From assembly GCA_951406725.2 (NCBI GenBank), contig OX597820.1, positions 86,242,001 to 86,306,000 on the forward strand: a stretch of 64,000 nucleotides of DNA. The letters are read 5' to 3'. Shown piece after piece: positions 38,447 to 52,774 of the stretch. A model generated the notes under the pieces. It ran no database searches, was not told the origin of the DNA, and saw only the letters and a program-made list of their open reading frames with translations. The DNA comes from Octopus vulgaris. Taxonomy: Eukaryota. The number at the start of each line of letters is the position of its first letter. Within the stretch, counting starts at the first letter, position 1. The translations under genes and the position numbers were made by a program.

Positions 38447-39533
38447 TATATCTATGTAAAATTCTAGGCACACACCGAGACAGACACACATAAAGATATA
38501 ACCATGTTCATATACACAGCAATACAGAAACACACAAAGATATTTAGCCGTATAAATACATATACAGAGACTAACATAGACATGTGATCATGGAAATATG
38601 CAAAAACAGACACACTGAGATACAACATCATCTAAATACACAGTGGGGGACACGTATAGATATATGATTCTGGATTTCTTATACATACACATAGAGATAC
38701 ACAGTAATATGTAAACATGCGATTGCTGCCACACCACTGCAGTTCACAGAAACAGACATTCGACCCTGCACCCACACGGTTTTTCAAGATGTTACTTCCT
38801 CTGCACCTTTTGTGGTCTTTTCTTCGCTGTGTATTTCCTCTCCCGATTTTCCACTGCATTTTTAATAATAACCAGCTTAAGACTCACATTTACCGGCGAC
38901 AATTGATTTTTTGTCATTGTTTTTTTTAAACGGTCCTTTCTTCATTATAACAATCTACATGTGCTGCCCCTTATTACGACTTTATTTCCAACACTTTGCA
39001 CTTAACGTGTAATTCTCTCAGATTTCATCTAATATTCTTTTATTTTTCATACATGTCTATGTATATTTATACATCTACCACTTGTATAAATATATTTTGA
39101 AGAATTGGAAAATTCCACCTAGACCTGATTAACTTGTTGATATCTTTCTAGTCTTATAATGTAAGGTCCAAGGAGGATAGCTCTTTTACTTTTTTTTTTA
39201 CTTTTTGCATCTTACATTTTGGTTTATGCGTTATCGTTTTCCGTTTTTCGTTTTCCGTTTTTATTAACATTCCGCGTCTTCTATATGCTGCCTCCTCAGT
39301 CTTTTCGCGTTTCTTCTTTTATTCAATTTTTCAATTTTGTTATCCTATGTCGTTTGTTCTTAATGGATATATTTGAGATATTTCTCAATATATTTCTCAA
39401 GATATGAAAGTATTTAGAAGTAATTAAAAACAAGTACTGTGTCCTTTAAATGATATTCATCTCCCACCAGATGTAGTGCTGCCTTTCTTGAATTTTCTCT
39501 TACGGAACAGTGCATCATACATACATACATACA

Positions 39534-39610
<77 letters not shown>

Positions 39611-39614
39611 CTTT

Positions 39615-39668
39615 CTGAGGAAATTTGGTAGACGGAAACTGAAAGAAGCCTCTCATATATATGTATGC

Positions 39669-39719
<51 letters not shown>

Positions 39720-39924
39720 TGTGTGTATGTATTTATACGTGGTCTGATCAATGAGTATCCGGACTGTTGCCATAGTAATGAAGCTAAAGCACGCAGAGTG
39801 AAGCCGCTTGGCACAGATTGACCTTGAAATCTGCTGTGCAAGCGCACTAAATTTTAACCTTCTATCTCACTAGCTGTTTACATGTATGTGTGTACGTGTG
39901 TGTGTGTGTGTGCGTGTGTGTGTG

Positions 39925-39973
<49 letters not shown>

Positions 39974-40185
39974 GTGCGTGTGTGTGTGTTTGTGTCCGTC
40001 CCACCACTGCTTGACAACCGGTATTGATGTTTTTATACCCTAGCGGTTCGGCAAAAATAATGGACAAAATAAGTACCGAGCTTGAAAAAATAAGAAAAGC
40101 TACTGGGTTCGATTTATTCGAATAAAATAGTTTAAGGTGGTGCCCCAGCATGGCCGCAATCTAATGACTGGAACAAATAAAAGTA
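39615..40185 (+). mobile_element. CORE-like SINE pieces (39615-39655 and 39990-40185) split at the internal microsatellite
   Basis: ATTTGGTAGACGGAAACTGAAAGAAGCC and CCACCACTGCTTGACAACCGG...GGTGGTGCCCCAGCATGGCCGCA. Confidence 0.8.
39736..39875 (+). mobile_element. Single mariner-type terminus
   Basis: TA-CGTGGTCTGATCAATGAGTATCCGGACTG resembles a mariner TIR start. No partner end is visible. Confidence 0.5.
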
Positions 40186-40294
40186 AATATATATATATTA
40201 CATGTACATACATAAATATAAAAAGATATAATAATAATATATATACATATACATATATACATCCGTATATGTACATACTTACATCTATACGGAT

Positions 40295-40375
<81 letters not shown>

Positions 40376-40384
40376 CGGATATGC

Positions 40385-40945
40385 GGGCACAGGACGTCAC
40401 GAAATGAGTACAACGAAACACACAACTGGAAAAAAAAAAAACAACATAAAGAAAGACGCTTCATCAGTTGTTGGCTGTTTTTCTACTCTAGTATTTTGAA
40501 CATTTCACAATAATATGCACTTTCGATAAATCTGTTGCTCCCGCAATGCAAATTAAGTAAAATTTGGGATTTTGCGGAAGGTCAAAATAGGTAACAGAAA
40601 CAGGGCAGTGAAAACAAACAGGAAGGGCTGCTAAGCCTAAATGAGGTTGTGGTGGCGAATGCGTAAATCCACTAGGACAGGTGACAAACAAGAACACGTC
40701 TTCCTTGTTCCAGCTACAACGGAGAGAAAGAAAGATGGCCGATGTTCACATGGGAGCCACGAGGGCAAGGGAGGACGAGTGAGGGAGAGAGAGTGACAGA
40801 GTAATAGGATACAATAGTGGAAGAAGAGGAGGTAAAAGAATAGGAGAGAAAAAGAGAGAAAAACGAAAGAGTAAAAAGATCGTATAGAGTGCCCATCAGA
40901 ATTATTAAGATAAAACTTACTTGGAAGAGGATGCTTGGCGTTCAA
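40385..40945. repeat. Dispersed repeat family member (as 13018-13525); its start is duplicated at ~40990-41020
   Basis: GGGCACAGGACGTCACGAAA occurs at 40385 and 40991, and internal blocks are shared with the 13 kb copy. Confidence 0.7.
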
Positions 40946-42287
40946 TCATATAATAATATAAATAATATATATATATATATATGCATATGTGGGCACAGGA
41001 CGTCACGAAAGTACGAAACTCATACATATATACATATTCATGCACGCACACTCACACTCACACTCACACATATATATATTCAATTTTTCATTCACTTTTA
41101 ACCAAAAATTGCTTTACCTTTTTGTTTTTCTATGTGTATCAGTTTCTGTTCTCTCCAGACATTTCTCTTGTTACATAAACGACACAGACGTTTTTACAAA
41201 TGCTTTTCTTTCTTTCTGCGCTTTAAAATATTTTATGGGAAACTTAGAGATCAAAAACAGGAAATCCGTTTGCACATAATGGAGTGAGAAGCAGTCAAAA
41301 GGACTCTGCATGAGAGATTTATTGAATATCGAAGAGAGTTTCGCCAAGAGGGAAGTATTTATTCTAAATTGGCTCAGTTTTGTCCACCCTACAATCTATT
41401 TCTTATATCCATCAAGCAAGTAAGAACTAACTATCCTTCTTTGCCAAAGAAAGGCAGCAGGTAACCCTCAGGATGAAGGCAGTGTGATCCATCCTCCATA
41501 CTGCAAAATCTGTTCATTATAGCAATACTATAACAGTGAAACATTTACCTCGATTTCTACGCATCTCTAGCGAACATGTACTTGTGCTTGTAGATTCTAT
41601 TTCTTACTGCAAACTGACAATGCCTACCGGTAGCACTGAAGGTCAGACATTGCTGGAAGTTGTCCATAGTCTCCGGGAAGAATATTTCCGGAAGAGGCGG
41701 TTCATTTGACCTCCTACTATGCTGGAAGATTCAACAGAATTTCCACATTATTGTTCACTTCAAATTCTCTATGAAATGCAAATATAGAATTAAAATTACA
41801 CAACTAGCAGCGACAGAGAAACTTAAAAAAACACACCTAACATTAATACAGTTATTGACCACTTTTAGCTACAAATCATGTTGACGTAGCTACAATCATT
41901 AACAAAACCAGACACGTAGTTGAATGTAAATAACTTCACATATAAACGTACAAATGCATACACTTACACAGACAAAATCCCGAGTTCGCAGACACTTGTA
42001 ACGACATAAATGTGTATGCATTCAATATCATACACATTGACTTAACAACACTTACACATATAAACAGAATTACAAGCCTGCATACATAGACACACATTCA
42101 CTTACACACTGGCACACTGTCAGAGGAATACAACGACACTAACTTTACACTCTATCGTTTTCTTTTGCTTTCTATCTTTTTCTCTCACTTTTCTCACTTT
42201 GTTTCTCTGGTTTTCGCTTCTTCTCTGTTGATATAGTAACACTAATATATTTAACACACGCACATATGTATGCATGCATATATACAT

Positions 42288-42319
<32 letters not shown>

Positions 42320-42819
42320 GTGTGCGTATTATGTGTAAATGCACACCAAGCACATGCACACACACTCAGACACACAACACATACGCACACATATACAGAC
42401 ACACATATATATTTATGACTGTATGTATATTTAAATGCAAAATGGCTGTCAGTTCCCCTCGTTGATCCGTAGCCATTACTCATTCGTATCACTCGCTTCA
42501 AGAGAAAACACTTCCAAATTCATTGACCCAGTGACGTCACTGACCTCAGTTTTATTTTTCAGAATAAACTTTTCAGACTTCACTTCTAACCCATTATTTT
42601 GAACAGTTAATTGTATTAGCCTCCCATCTTCGCTGAGTCAAGTGGTAAAAACTTCTACTTCTGTAACAGAATCAATGTTACTAATGTATTTATTATAAAT
42701 AAAACACTGAATACTAACACTAACAGCAACACAGCTATTATTGTTACTATTAATATTTCTACTTCTACAAATACCAATATTAATGCTAATAATGCTACTA
42801 ATAATACTACTACTACTCC

Positions 42820-42853
<34 letters not shown>

Positions 42854-42854
<1 letters not shown>

Positions 42855-43398
42855 CCCTGATGCAGTACCAGGTAGTGGCTGCTGATTTTAACTGATTGGA
42901 AATATTATCATGTACATTGTTTTGTCTTGGTATAAAAGATGGGCTACAGCAAATATTCTGCTCACTACCACAGATTTGCTTGTCAGTTGTTTGACCTTAA
43001 CCAGTTGAGCATGTGCCTTAGTGGCTGGCGATATGTGCATCTCTGATGACGAGCAGAATTAGTGGGGGAGCATCACAGCCATGTGTTGAGAGGGATTATT
43101 TAGGGTTTGAATAATTCACCTCTGGAAATATGGGTGTTTCATTCAACATCATTCAACAACCCTTATTCAGGGACCTTTTGAGCGGTACGGGGTACTCGAC
43201 CAGAAGAAAATTTTAACTGGGCCCTACCTGGAAGATCATGCGCTGTTTATCTTGATATAAAATCACCATGTCGCGCACATATGTTTGTGATGCATGTGCC
43301 TAGTGTACCCTTATCAGACGAGTAGTCATGATGGGTATACTGGGCTTTGTATATTTTACCCGAGAGTCACTTTGATGGCATGCACTGCTCTCTCACTC
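42854..43398. mobile_element. ~545-bp non-coding insertion inside an (AAT)n tract
   Basis: Sharp boundaries AATAAT|GCCCTGATGCAGTACC...CTCTCTCACTC|AATAATAAT, higher GC than the flanks, no credible ORF and no tRNA head. Confidence 0.6.
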
Positions 43399-43602
43399 AA
43401 TAATAATAATGATAATAATGATAAGATTAATAATAACTATAATCTAATGTTATTTTGTTTTGTATCAGCAATATGCCTTTTCAACTGGCTTATGTCCTGC
43501 TTGTTGGAACTGTTTAAAATATTTCTACGTTTAAAATTTCTATTCTGACCAAGAACCTGATTAACTAATCAACTCCCACGCTTTTGGTGTTTCAGGGCGC
43601 GG

Positions 43603-43933
<331 letters not shown>

Positions 43934-45799
43934 ACATCACTTAATCATTTAAAAACAAATAAATACAAAACACGGCATCGAAATTTTTGACACCCTACAA
44001 GAATAGGGTAAGCTGTTTTTGGAATGGCAGCCTTAACGCCGTCATTTATGCAAGCCGACTACAAGTCAAACCACCGCCACTAATGCCTGGGCCACAGGGA
44101 AATTAATAAACACATCAACAATGCCAACAAAAGCGAAAGACTGGACGGCGACAGTAACATCGTCACTATCCCAAACACTTCCGTCGACTGGAAATATTAA
44201 AAATTAGGCAAGATTAGTATCAATAACCACAAAATCTGCGAAACAATAAAAATACTGATTTGTCTATCATCACTTCTACCACCATTGTCACTTCAGAAGC
44301 TACAGTAAGAACAGATATAAACCGCCAGTGCCATCACCCGACAATACAAAATTCAGCTCTCGCATCACCACACGATTACTTCAGTACCGCCACTAACCTG
44401 GTTAAATTCATCATTGCTCAATGTAGTAACTGCCAAACTTGTTGGAAAACCGGCCTTTTGCAAATACAACAAAGGTGCATGTAAAGGCAGAATACTTGCA
44501 ACAGTCAGAAAACTTGGTAACTAAAGTAAAATAGACAAACCAGGTGGTGAGTGGAAATCTATCGTATTGTAGGGCAAACCAGATGCTGGTAGAAAGCCCA
44601 CTGCGAACCCAAGTAGATAGGCGCTTGAAATACATTCAGCACATGCAACGGTGTGATTGACATCACATCCTCTACAGAGATTAAAGCATGAAATCATTCT
44701 AAATCTTGTTAGAAATTAGAAATTGATGTTGATATCCTTTTATCTTTGTCGACGCATGGTGATTGTATGGGTGGTAGACTTATCACCAGGAATAAAATCT
44801 GCTATCCTATGGCAACCAGTTTAGCCGATATCGCCCAAATATTTTCAGTGCGCCAACTAGGCAATGAAAACCGGTCAGGATAAGAATAGAGCCCTTGATC
44901 TTAAAGATCTGGAGAGTATTCGTTTGTGTGTGATGGCAGCGGGTAGTAGACCAAGATCTTACTTATGTGGCACTACCACCTACCTAACAGCTTTCGGCCT
45001 ACATTATAGGGCAACTGAAAGAAATTTTCCAGGAACATCACCACCACTTCTGCCAGTGCCAGAGTTTTATAAACAGAGACAACTTGCAATCACAATGATA
45101 AAAAAACGGAAATATCAAAATCGGGAAGCATCCGCGAAAGTAGTAACAATAACAATAAGATCAGTAACAACAGCAGAAACAGCCACACCCACCAAACAAC
45201 AAAAATCTTTATGACAACAAGAAAAACATTATCATTGTCAACATCGGCAGCAAAAAGCCCAAAACAACACAACACCATAAGACATACACATCCTCATTCA
45301 GATCATTTAGATATGTCCTGCTATAAGTGCACCTGACATTAGAAATAGGGAAACTCTCTCAGTTAGGAGTGAAGAAGCACAAAAGAAATCAACATCTAAG
45401 ATGATGCTATCATCATCATCATCATCATAAAGCGGAGGGGGAGGAGGAGAAGGAGGAGGAGGAGAAGGAGGAGGAGGACGACGACGATGATGATGATTAT
45501 GACGACGACGATTATGGTGATGATGATTTCAAGGGTCACAGGGATGATTTCAAGTATCATAGGGATCACAGAGAAAAGAGGACATTACGGGGACACAGTT
45601 TAAGCAAACGGTGGATTTACTGGTAAACAAAATGTAAGCAGAAACAAATATGGCAACAACATTACAACAAAGAAATTCTCCAATAAGAAGGAGACCTCAG
45701 AGTGTTAGTCGTGAAAATATGACACAAGCCATTGTCATTCAAACTACTGAGTTAAGCACCCTCTCACAGTTGTTTCCCTTCAGCCCTTCCGTCCTTGAG

Positions 45800-48330
45800 C
45801 CCACAAGCGCATGCACAGTTGTCCTTTCTATCAAACGTTTCTTGCTACTATCATTAATCTTTCAATAAATTTTCTGAGAAGGCAGCACTTCCCTTCCATT
45901 CTTATTTTCCTTTCCAAATGATTCTTTGACCGACGCTTTATCCCTACCAGTGCAGAGACCTCGGTCATAAAGCAGCACCCCCACCCCCGAAACAGACAAG
46001 CAAATAGATTTTCATTGATGATGTGAGTTTCTCCAAAAACGTCTATGCTTTTCTCTGCCATAGGTCCTCTATAGTACGACAATGTGGAATTTCCATCGGC
46101 GGCCATGCGCAACTGTTAGAGATCTGCGAGGTTATCATGACATTTCAGACGCTAAGAACCCTGTCTCGGTTTCACTTTCTCCGTCTGCAGCTTTGATGAC
46201 CACTACACCTGTTCGCCGTCAAGAATTGCTGGAGATCTGACCTCAGCAAAGCATGCTCAGATTTCGCCAAATGAACAACATCTCTACCACCTAACGCAAA
46301 AGAGCAGATGCTCCAGTGTGTTCAGGTGTAAAATAGAGCAAGGCAAAACGAATCAAATTGTAATAGACGACAGAGACAATTCGGGTATTCGCCGAATCTG
46401 CCCAACTCCTCAGCATTTGCTCTCACTTAGTTCATTTCTCGGTGAGACTGGCCACTGTGCTCGTCACTTCATTTTAGTTCTTGCTCACCAGAAGATCTGA
46501 ACGAAACCACTTGGATTGCATAGCCCTGCATTTCCATGAGGACAGCTGCTAGTCCACCGAGTTTTCTTAATTGGAATTGGCTTCTGTCACCTATCGTAGT
46601 CCTTGTGATCATCTTCATTGGAATAACAAGCTTTGCTTATTATGCAATACTATAAAGGAGACAACTTTTTCATGTCCTCAAAGATCTTTCCTTCCAAGTT
46701 AAAACGGTAGTTTCTCTAGAATTTGTAAAAACAAAAATGACGAGAGGGTTCAAACTCGAATAAATTAAGCGCATAATATTTCAAGGTTCTCATAAGCCAT
46801 TTTAGCTGAGCTTCAAACAGCGCTGAGTATCGTGATCATTTAGCCTCTGAAAGTGGAGCTGTGAGATCAGACGCCATGTATTACAAGTCAACCACATCGA
46901 TGGATTTCGATTGATGTAAGTTGATCAAGGCTCTACACATGCCTGCTTCTTACCCACATTTTCTATGATCACTTGCATAATGTGTAGGTTGTCAAGAACT
47001 GAATTTTTAAATCGCACATGTCTATGATCAATCAGCCTACCGACAACAAGCTCCAAGCTCTTGAATAACACCTTCGCCAAAATCATTAAATCTGCACTTA
47101 TCGGCGTTATGGCCCTGAAATTAACAATGCCGTTCCTATTGTTTGCATACTTTCTCAGAGCTATGGCACTTCGGCTCATAAAAACGGGGATCTTCCCATT
47201 CCACTGCCAGTTGTAGCAGATCTCTATCAAGAGTTAATCAAACAAGCCTATCTTGGGGCAAAACATTCAAACCAGATAATTTGCCGTCAGTGTAACTAAC
47301 CATCACTCCCCGTATTTCTGATCTACTTATAACTTTCTCATCTCACTCCACCTCTGTAGCCGAGAGTAGTAACTGGCCGTCGAGGCAGTTATTGAAATCC
47401 GTCCTCCGAGAAGGCTTACCACTCATCTTGAAAGGTTATGCAAATCACCGCGGAAAAGCTGCGCACATTTTCTTGGCATCTCGTACACCCCAAACGATGG
47501 CTTTCATGCTATATTGCTCTCTTACCACTCTAGTCCATCGAACGGCTTTCGTTCCTTCTAGTCTTTGAGTAAATTCTTTAGACCTGACAAGGCACCGTTC
47601 GTGCTTCGTCTTAAATCATTTGCCGAGGTCCAGTCTCACCGCACGCATGTGAATCGTGATTTCTTTTCCAAAACGTCTCTAATTTCTAATTTGTTTTCCC
47701 TCTAGTCTAGGTTTCTTTATTCCTACTTCCTCCAGTCACTCTTTTCAGAGCGAAAGTCATTTGGTTTTGACAAATGTCCTTGTCTATGCTCCCATAACAG
47801 ATTTACTAATTTAGACTCTGTAAGCATGTTGCACCGGTAGTTGTACGTGTAGTTTCTCGTAACAGGTTCCCTGTTGTTGAAGCCATTCTATGTCGACTGT
47901 GCAGATCTCAAATTTGTGCTCAGTATAGCCGATGTCTTTGAACTGTAGACAATCTACGCTATCTTTATACCTAGATACCATCTGGATGGCCCGATAACAT
48001 TAGTCAACGCATATCCAAAAAATCCACTTGATACCTGTCACAAAGTTGCAAATGTCTGATAGGTTTTCGAGACTGGTACAACCACTTCTCCTATCCGCTT
48101 GCCCCACACATATCAAGTCTGTACACATGATGGCATTCTAAGTATATGCTAGCACTGACGAGCGCGATGTCCCCAAGAAAATTTCCTAATGCCGGGGGAA
48201 ATCTGATCACTCCAAAACTAGGCGTAGACGGCTATTAGCCTAAGGTTATGGCCTTCGTTGCTAGTACATGTCGAGCACCACGAAATGCGGCACGAGAAAC
48301 TTGTAACCTTGATATGCTGTTCATACTGGT
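45800..48330 (-). mobile_element. Old Tx1/L1-type LINE ORF2 (APE end, RT, C-terminus), heavily mutated
   Basis: IGYTEHKF matches the APE end of the 33 kb copy. ORF 46925-47230 gives NFRAITPISADLMILAKVL...DNLHIMQ (RT), and KNHLERKIRME parallels KFHLKGKLRVE of the other copy. Confidence 0.8.
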
Positions 48331-48910
48331 GGCCACCACGTTAATGTCTAATAAACAGAAGTCGTTGTATTGGTGACACTTTTCCCAAGCAACACAAAGC
48401 CATTTCTCTTTCTGTATAATCAATAGTTTAGTATAATTTTGTGTGAATTATACAAAATGTTACTTGTGTCTCCTATTATAGAGTTAATAACCAATGTCAA
48501 TGCTGTTCATGTGATGTTGGCAGTAACAGGGTGTCTTCCAGCTATCACTTTCGTTACTACTTTCTGTCGGTGCGGGGACCAGGAGACCTTCAGGTAATCG
48601 GCGTCACTACAGTTGTGGCATCTATACATTCTACCCTATTGCACAACTTTCTACCTTCTTGGGATCAATATTAACTGAAATATCCTATCTAGTATCACAT
48701 TTTTCTTCTCAACCAGGATTTCATGTCTCATTCCATCAAATTTTCCTTTCGAAATTTTTTTTTTATCTCTACCAATATCATAGGCCCCTCCAATGAAACA
48801 CATTACTTACTCATCAGAAGTTCAGCTTTGGTCTTGTATTGGCGATGTTCAATCTTTCTCATACTCAATCTCACTTAAATAGGTATCTGTTTATATTCCT
48901 GAGATCCATA

Positions 48911-49285
48911 CAGGCACAATACTGTCTGTGTGGTAAGAAGCTTGCTTCCCAAGCACATGGTTCCAGGTTCAGTCCCACTGCGTGACACCTTGGGTGATTG
49001 TCTTCTACTTTTTCCTAAGACCGACCAAAGCTTTGTGAGATAATTTGGCAGATGGAACCTGAAAGAAAACCGTCATATATGAGTGTGTGTGTGCGTCTTT
49101 AAGTCAGTGTTTGTCCCCATCCACCGCTTGACAACCGCAACTTAGCTGTTCAACAACGGGATCGATAGAATAGTTACCTAAATTATAAAAATGAATTGGC
49201 GTCCGTTTATTCGGCTAAAGTTTCTTCAAGGCGGTAACCCAGCATGACTGCACTCTAATGACTGAAACAAGTAAAATTAAAATAT
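48911..49285 (+). mobile_element. Full-length diverged CORE-like tRNA SINE
   Basis: TGTGTGGTAAGAAGCTTGCTTCCCAA...GGTTCAGTCCCACTGCGTGACACCTTGGG...CCCAGCATGACTGCA...GACTGAAACAAGTAAA. Confidence 0.88.
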
Positions 49286-50036
49286 AGAGATTGAAAAGTG
49301 GGAAAAAGTGGCCAGTCAATCGAATACAATAAAATAGCCTGGTATTACTCACGAAGTCTATGTTACCTTATTTCAGGATCATTCGCTCCTGTTTATGTTT
49401 CTTTAGTGATAGAATCATAGCGTCTACTACACCAGAGTTTATTTTCTCTGCATGCCATAACACAGCTGTTATGGTAACGCGAATTTCTTTCAAGTTTGTT
49501 GATATATCGTTCTGTTTCTTCCCATCAGTGAGACTAAATGAAAATTCCAACACCAATAAATGACGTGTTACAATTACTTTTGCTGTTAACTTCGTTGTCA
49601 TTGTGGCTATTGTAATAGCTCAATATTGGAGTGCCGTTAGTGCAGTTTTCTTCGTTTTAATACAACGTCGCAGTTGCTCCTATTTTTGTTTTTGCCGTAG
49701 CTATTGATGATACTTGTGCCGTTGTTTTCAGTAGCATCAGAATTGTTGTTGCGAGGCGTTGACTGCAAACTACAGTTTTGCTTTCAAAGTTACTTCACAC
49801 TTTCTCGTGCTGGCCGAGCAGCATGGACGAAATTGTGGGAGCCATTTTGAATATTCTGTTTTGATTTGAATATATTTTGCTTCATTAAAATTTTGGCACA
49901 TAAGACGAGCAACAGAAGGTAAACTATTCCTTATATTTCAGTTTGGCTTCATACCAATATAAAAAAAAATAAAATCAACAAACATAACACTCTAGAAAGG
50001 AAAACATGACACAAAGTCTCGGTGCTTTAACAATAC

Positions 50037-50037
<1 letters not shown>

Positions 50038-50133
<96 letters not shown>

Positions 50134-50266
50134 CAGTAGTAGTAGTAGGAGGAGGAGGAGGGAGAGGAGGAGGAGGAGGTGTAGGAGTTGTAGTAGTAGA
50201 AGTAGTAGTAGTAGTAGATGAAGTTGCAGCAGTAGCAGTAGTAGTAACAGCAATAATAATGTCTTA

Positions 50267-50327
<61 letters not shown>

Positions 50328-50328
50328 T
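50038..50328. repeat. (TAG)n/(GAG)n/(AAT)n compound microsatellite
   Basis: Direct reading. Confidence 0.97.
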
Positions 50329-50945
50329 TACAATATCAAAACTGCCGACAAGTGGTATAATCACCACCCTGAAGCTGTAACTGAAGGAGAAAATGTAACC
50401 ATTCTGTGGGACTTTCCAGTACATACAGACCGAACCATCAAAGCCAATAAACCGGATATTGTTGTGAAAGACCAAAACAATAAAGTTTGCTTATTGATCG
50501 ACATGAGCATCCCCTGTGATCATAATATCTCGGCGAAAGAATTTGACAAGCTCAGAAAATATAAAGACCTGCTCATTGAAATTGAGAAAATGTGGCATCT
50601 CAAAGAGATTACAATACCAGTGATCGTAGGAGCACTAGGAATGATCAAGTAGGGAACCGAAAGTTATATGAGAATGATCCCTGGCTTACCATCCCTGCAA
50701 GAAGTGCAAAATATTGTCTTAACTGGTACATCACACGTATTGAGAAGTGCATTGTCGATGTGAGAACTATTACTACCCATGTATTTTAATTTAACTTTAT
50801 TTCTATCAAAAAAAAAAACAATGAACGAACTAGTGAGTTTAGTTTAATGGCCTACCAATGTATACTATGAGTTTCTTTGCCCTAGGAGTCGGGAAGACAC
50901 TCGGCAAGAAATGGAAGCAAGTTTGAAAGAAGAAGAAAAACCCAT
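50329..50945 (+). mobile_element. 5'-truncated R4/Dong LINE (RLE domain plus 3' UTR)
   Basis: KWYNHHPEAV...ILWDFPVHTDRTIKANKPDIVVKD...LIDMSIPCD...KLRKYKDL...MW...IPVIVGALG, with one in-frame stop at 50650 and the natural stop at 50763. Flanked by (AAT)n. Confidence 0.93.
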
Positions 50946-50953
50946 AATTAATG

Positions 50954-51028
<75 letters not shown>

Positions 51029-51029
<1 letters not shown>

Positions 51030-51700
51030 AATATATTCACTGGGTAATCTGCAAAAACCTGGATTTTCCCCATGAAAAAAACTGGTGGGAACACAAACCA
51101 CCCCCAGTGCTTGAAAATGACCACATCTCACTCCTCTGGAACTTCACCATTCAAACTGACAGAAAGATAGATGCAAATAGGCCAGACATCATATTGAAAG
51201 ACTTCAAACAAAGAACATGCCTCATCATTGATATGACTGTCCCAATCGATATAAACGTATCTGTCAAGACCTACCAAAAACTGAGCAAATATAAAGATCT
51301 TGAAATAGAAATCAGCAAAATGTGGAACCTGAAGACTAAAACAATACCTGTTGTCATAGGTGCCCTGGGAATGATAGCAAAAGGGGCTGATAGCTACCTA
51401 ACTCAGATACCAGGAAACCCAAAAATTGCAGAAATTCAAAAGATAGTACTCATGGGAACTGCTCATATCCTACGCAAAATACTTTCTATGTAATCTCAAG
51501 GTTTAAAACAAACATAATTTTCGGTTTAAAAAAAAAACAAAACTTTTTTTTTAGACATTCATTAGTACAACACCCACCCCCAAATATATGGCACACTAGG
51601 CATAACAACAACATGAACATCCAACCCTGTTGTCTCTTGAGGTCTCTGGGTGAGACTTGGAGCCAACTTGTACAAATATAAAGCAAAAGTCAAACATAGA
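51029..51700 (+). mobile_element. 5'-truncated R4/Dong LINE, second subfamily, intact RLE frame plus 3' UTR
   Basis: YIHWVIC...LLWNFTIQTDRKIDANRPDIILKD...IIDMTVP...KLSKYKDL...IPVVIGALG...GTAHILRKILSM* ending at 51493. (AAT)n on both sides. Confidence 0.95.
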
Positions 51701-51806
51701 ATAATAATAATAATAATAAAATAATAATAATAAAAACGACAACAACAAAAATAGTAATAATAATAATATATGTATATGTTTGTGTGTGTATTAGCGACAG
51801 AGGCAG

Positions 51807-51965
51807 TATTATTATTATTATCATTATTAATTTTATTATTATTTTTTTATTGCTATTATTACTATTATTATTATTATTATTATTATTATAATTATTATTA
51901 TCATTATTATTATTATAATTATTATTATCATTATTATTATTATTATTATTGTTATTATCATTATA

Positions 51966-52027
<62 letters not shown>
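51807..52027. repeat. (TAT)n microsatellite
   Basis: Direct reading. Confidence 0.95.
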
Positions 52028-52030
<3 letters not shown>

Positions 52031-52452
52031 GTCCACTAATAGTTTATGGCATAGATGCAATGTCAGAGAGAAGGTTACTTAAATGAATAGATCCTCAGTA
52101 TTCGACACGTACTTTATTTCATTGATTTTGGATGGATGAAAAGCAACGCCGAGTTTGGAGTGATTTGAACTGAAAAAAAAATACGAAACAAATAAAGTAT
52201 TATTGATTCTATCATTCCAACGAAGTAGTAGTAGTAGTAATAGCAGTAGCAGTAGTATTATCAGCAGCAGCAACAACAACAGCAGGTTTAAAAGTCTTCC
52301 AATCTATTCGTTGTGTGGTATTACAGTTTGTGTCAGTTTTATCGCGAAACTAAATTGTCAGCCACTGTTTATTGCTGCCATAAATCAGGTCTTCGCTGTC
52401 GTGAGACTAGAAATTACTACTCTTTTTAAGTAACTCTCTTTAAACACGGATG

Positions 52453-52540
<88 letters not shown>

Positions 52541-52774
52541 AGTGTGTGTGTGTATATAAATAAATAAATGAGCTAAAGGTCTTTATCGAAATACATTTTC
52601 TCGTCCACACACATTACTTCTTAACTTCCTGTGATAACGATAAACAATTTCCGAGAGTTTTGATTTGATATTTGACACACTAAATCATTCGATCGTACAC
52701 CAGCGCCACCCTAAGCACTAACGCCACTACCAACACATTCACATACACACATATAAGTACCATATCCACCAGGA

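Noticed and set aside
41150-41800. Possible decayed mariner transposase on the minus strand
   Set aside because: Only vague peptide resemblance; no WVPHEL or YSPDLAP motif or TIR could be read.
48542-48593. Candidate 52-nt exon (CAG|...CAG|GTAATC)
   Set aside because: Weak polypyrimidine tract and donor, and an uninformative peptide.
50951-51493. 180-aa host gene
   Set aside because: The N-terminus is translated (ATA)n and the remainder is a 5'-truncated retrotransposon endonuclease domain.
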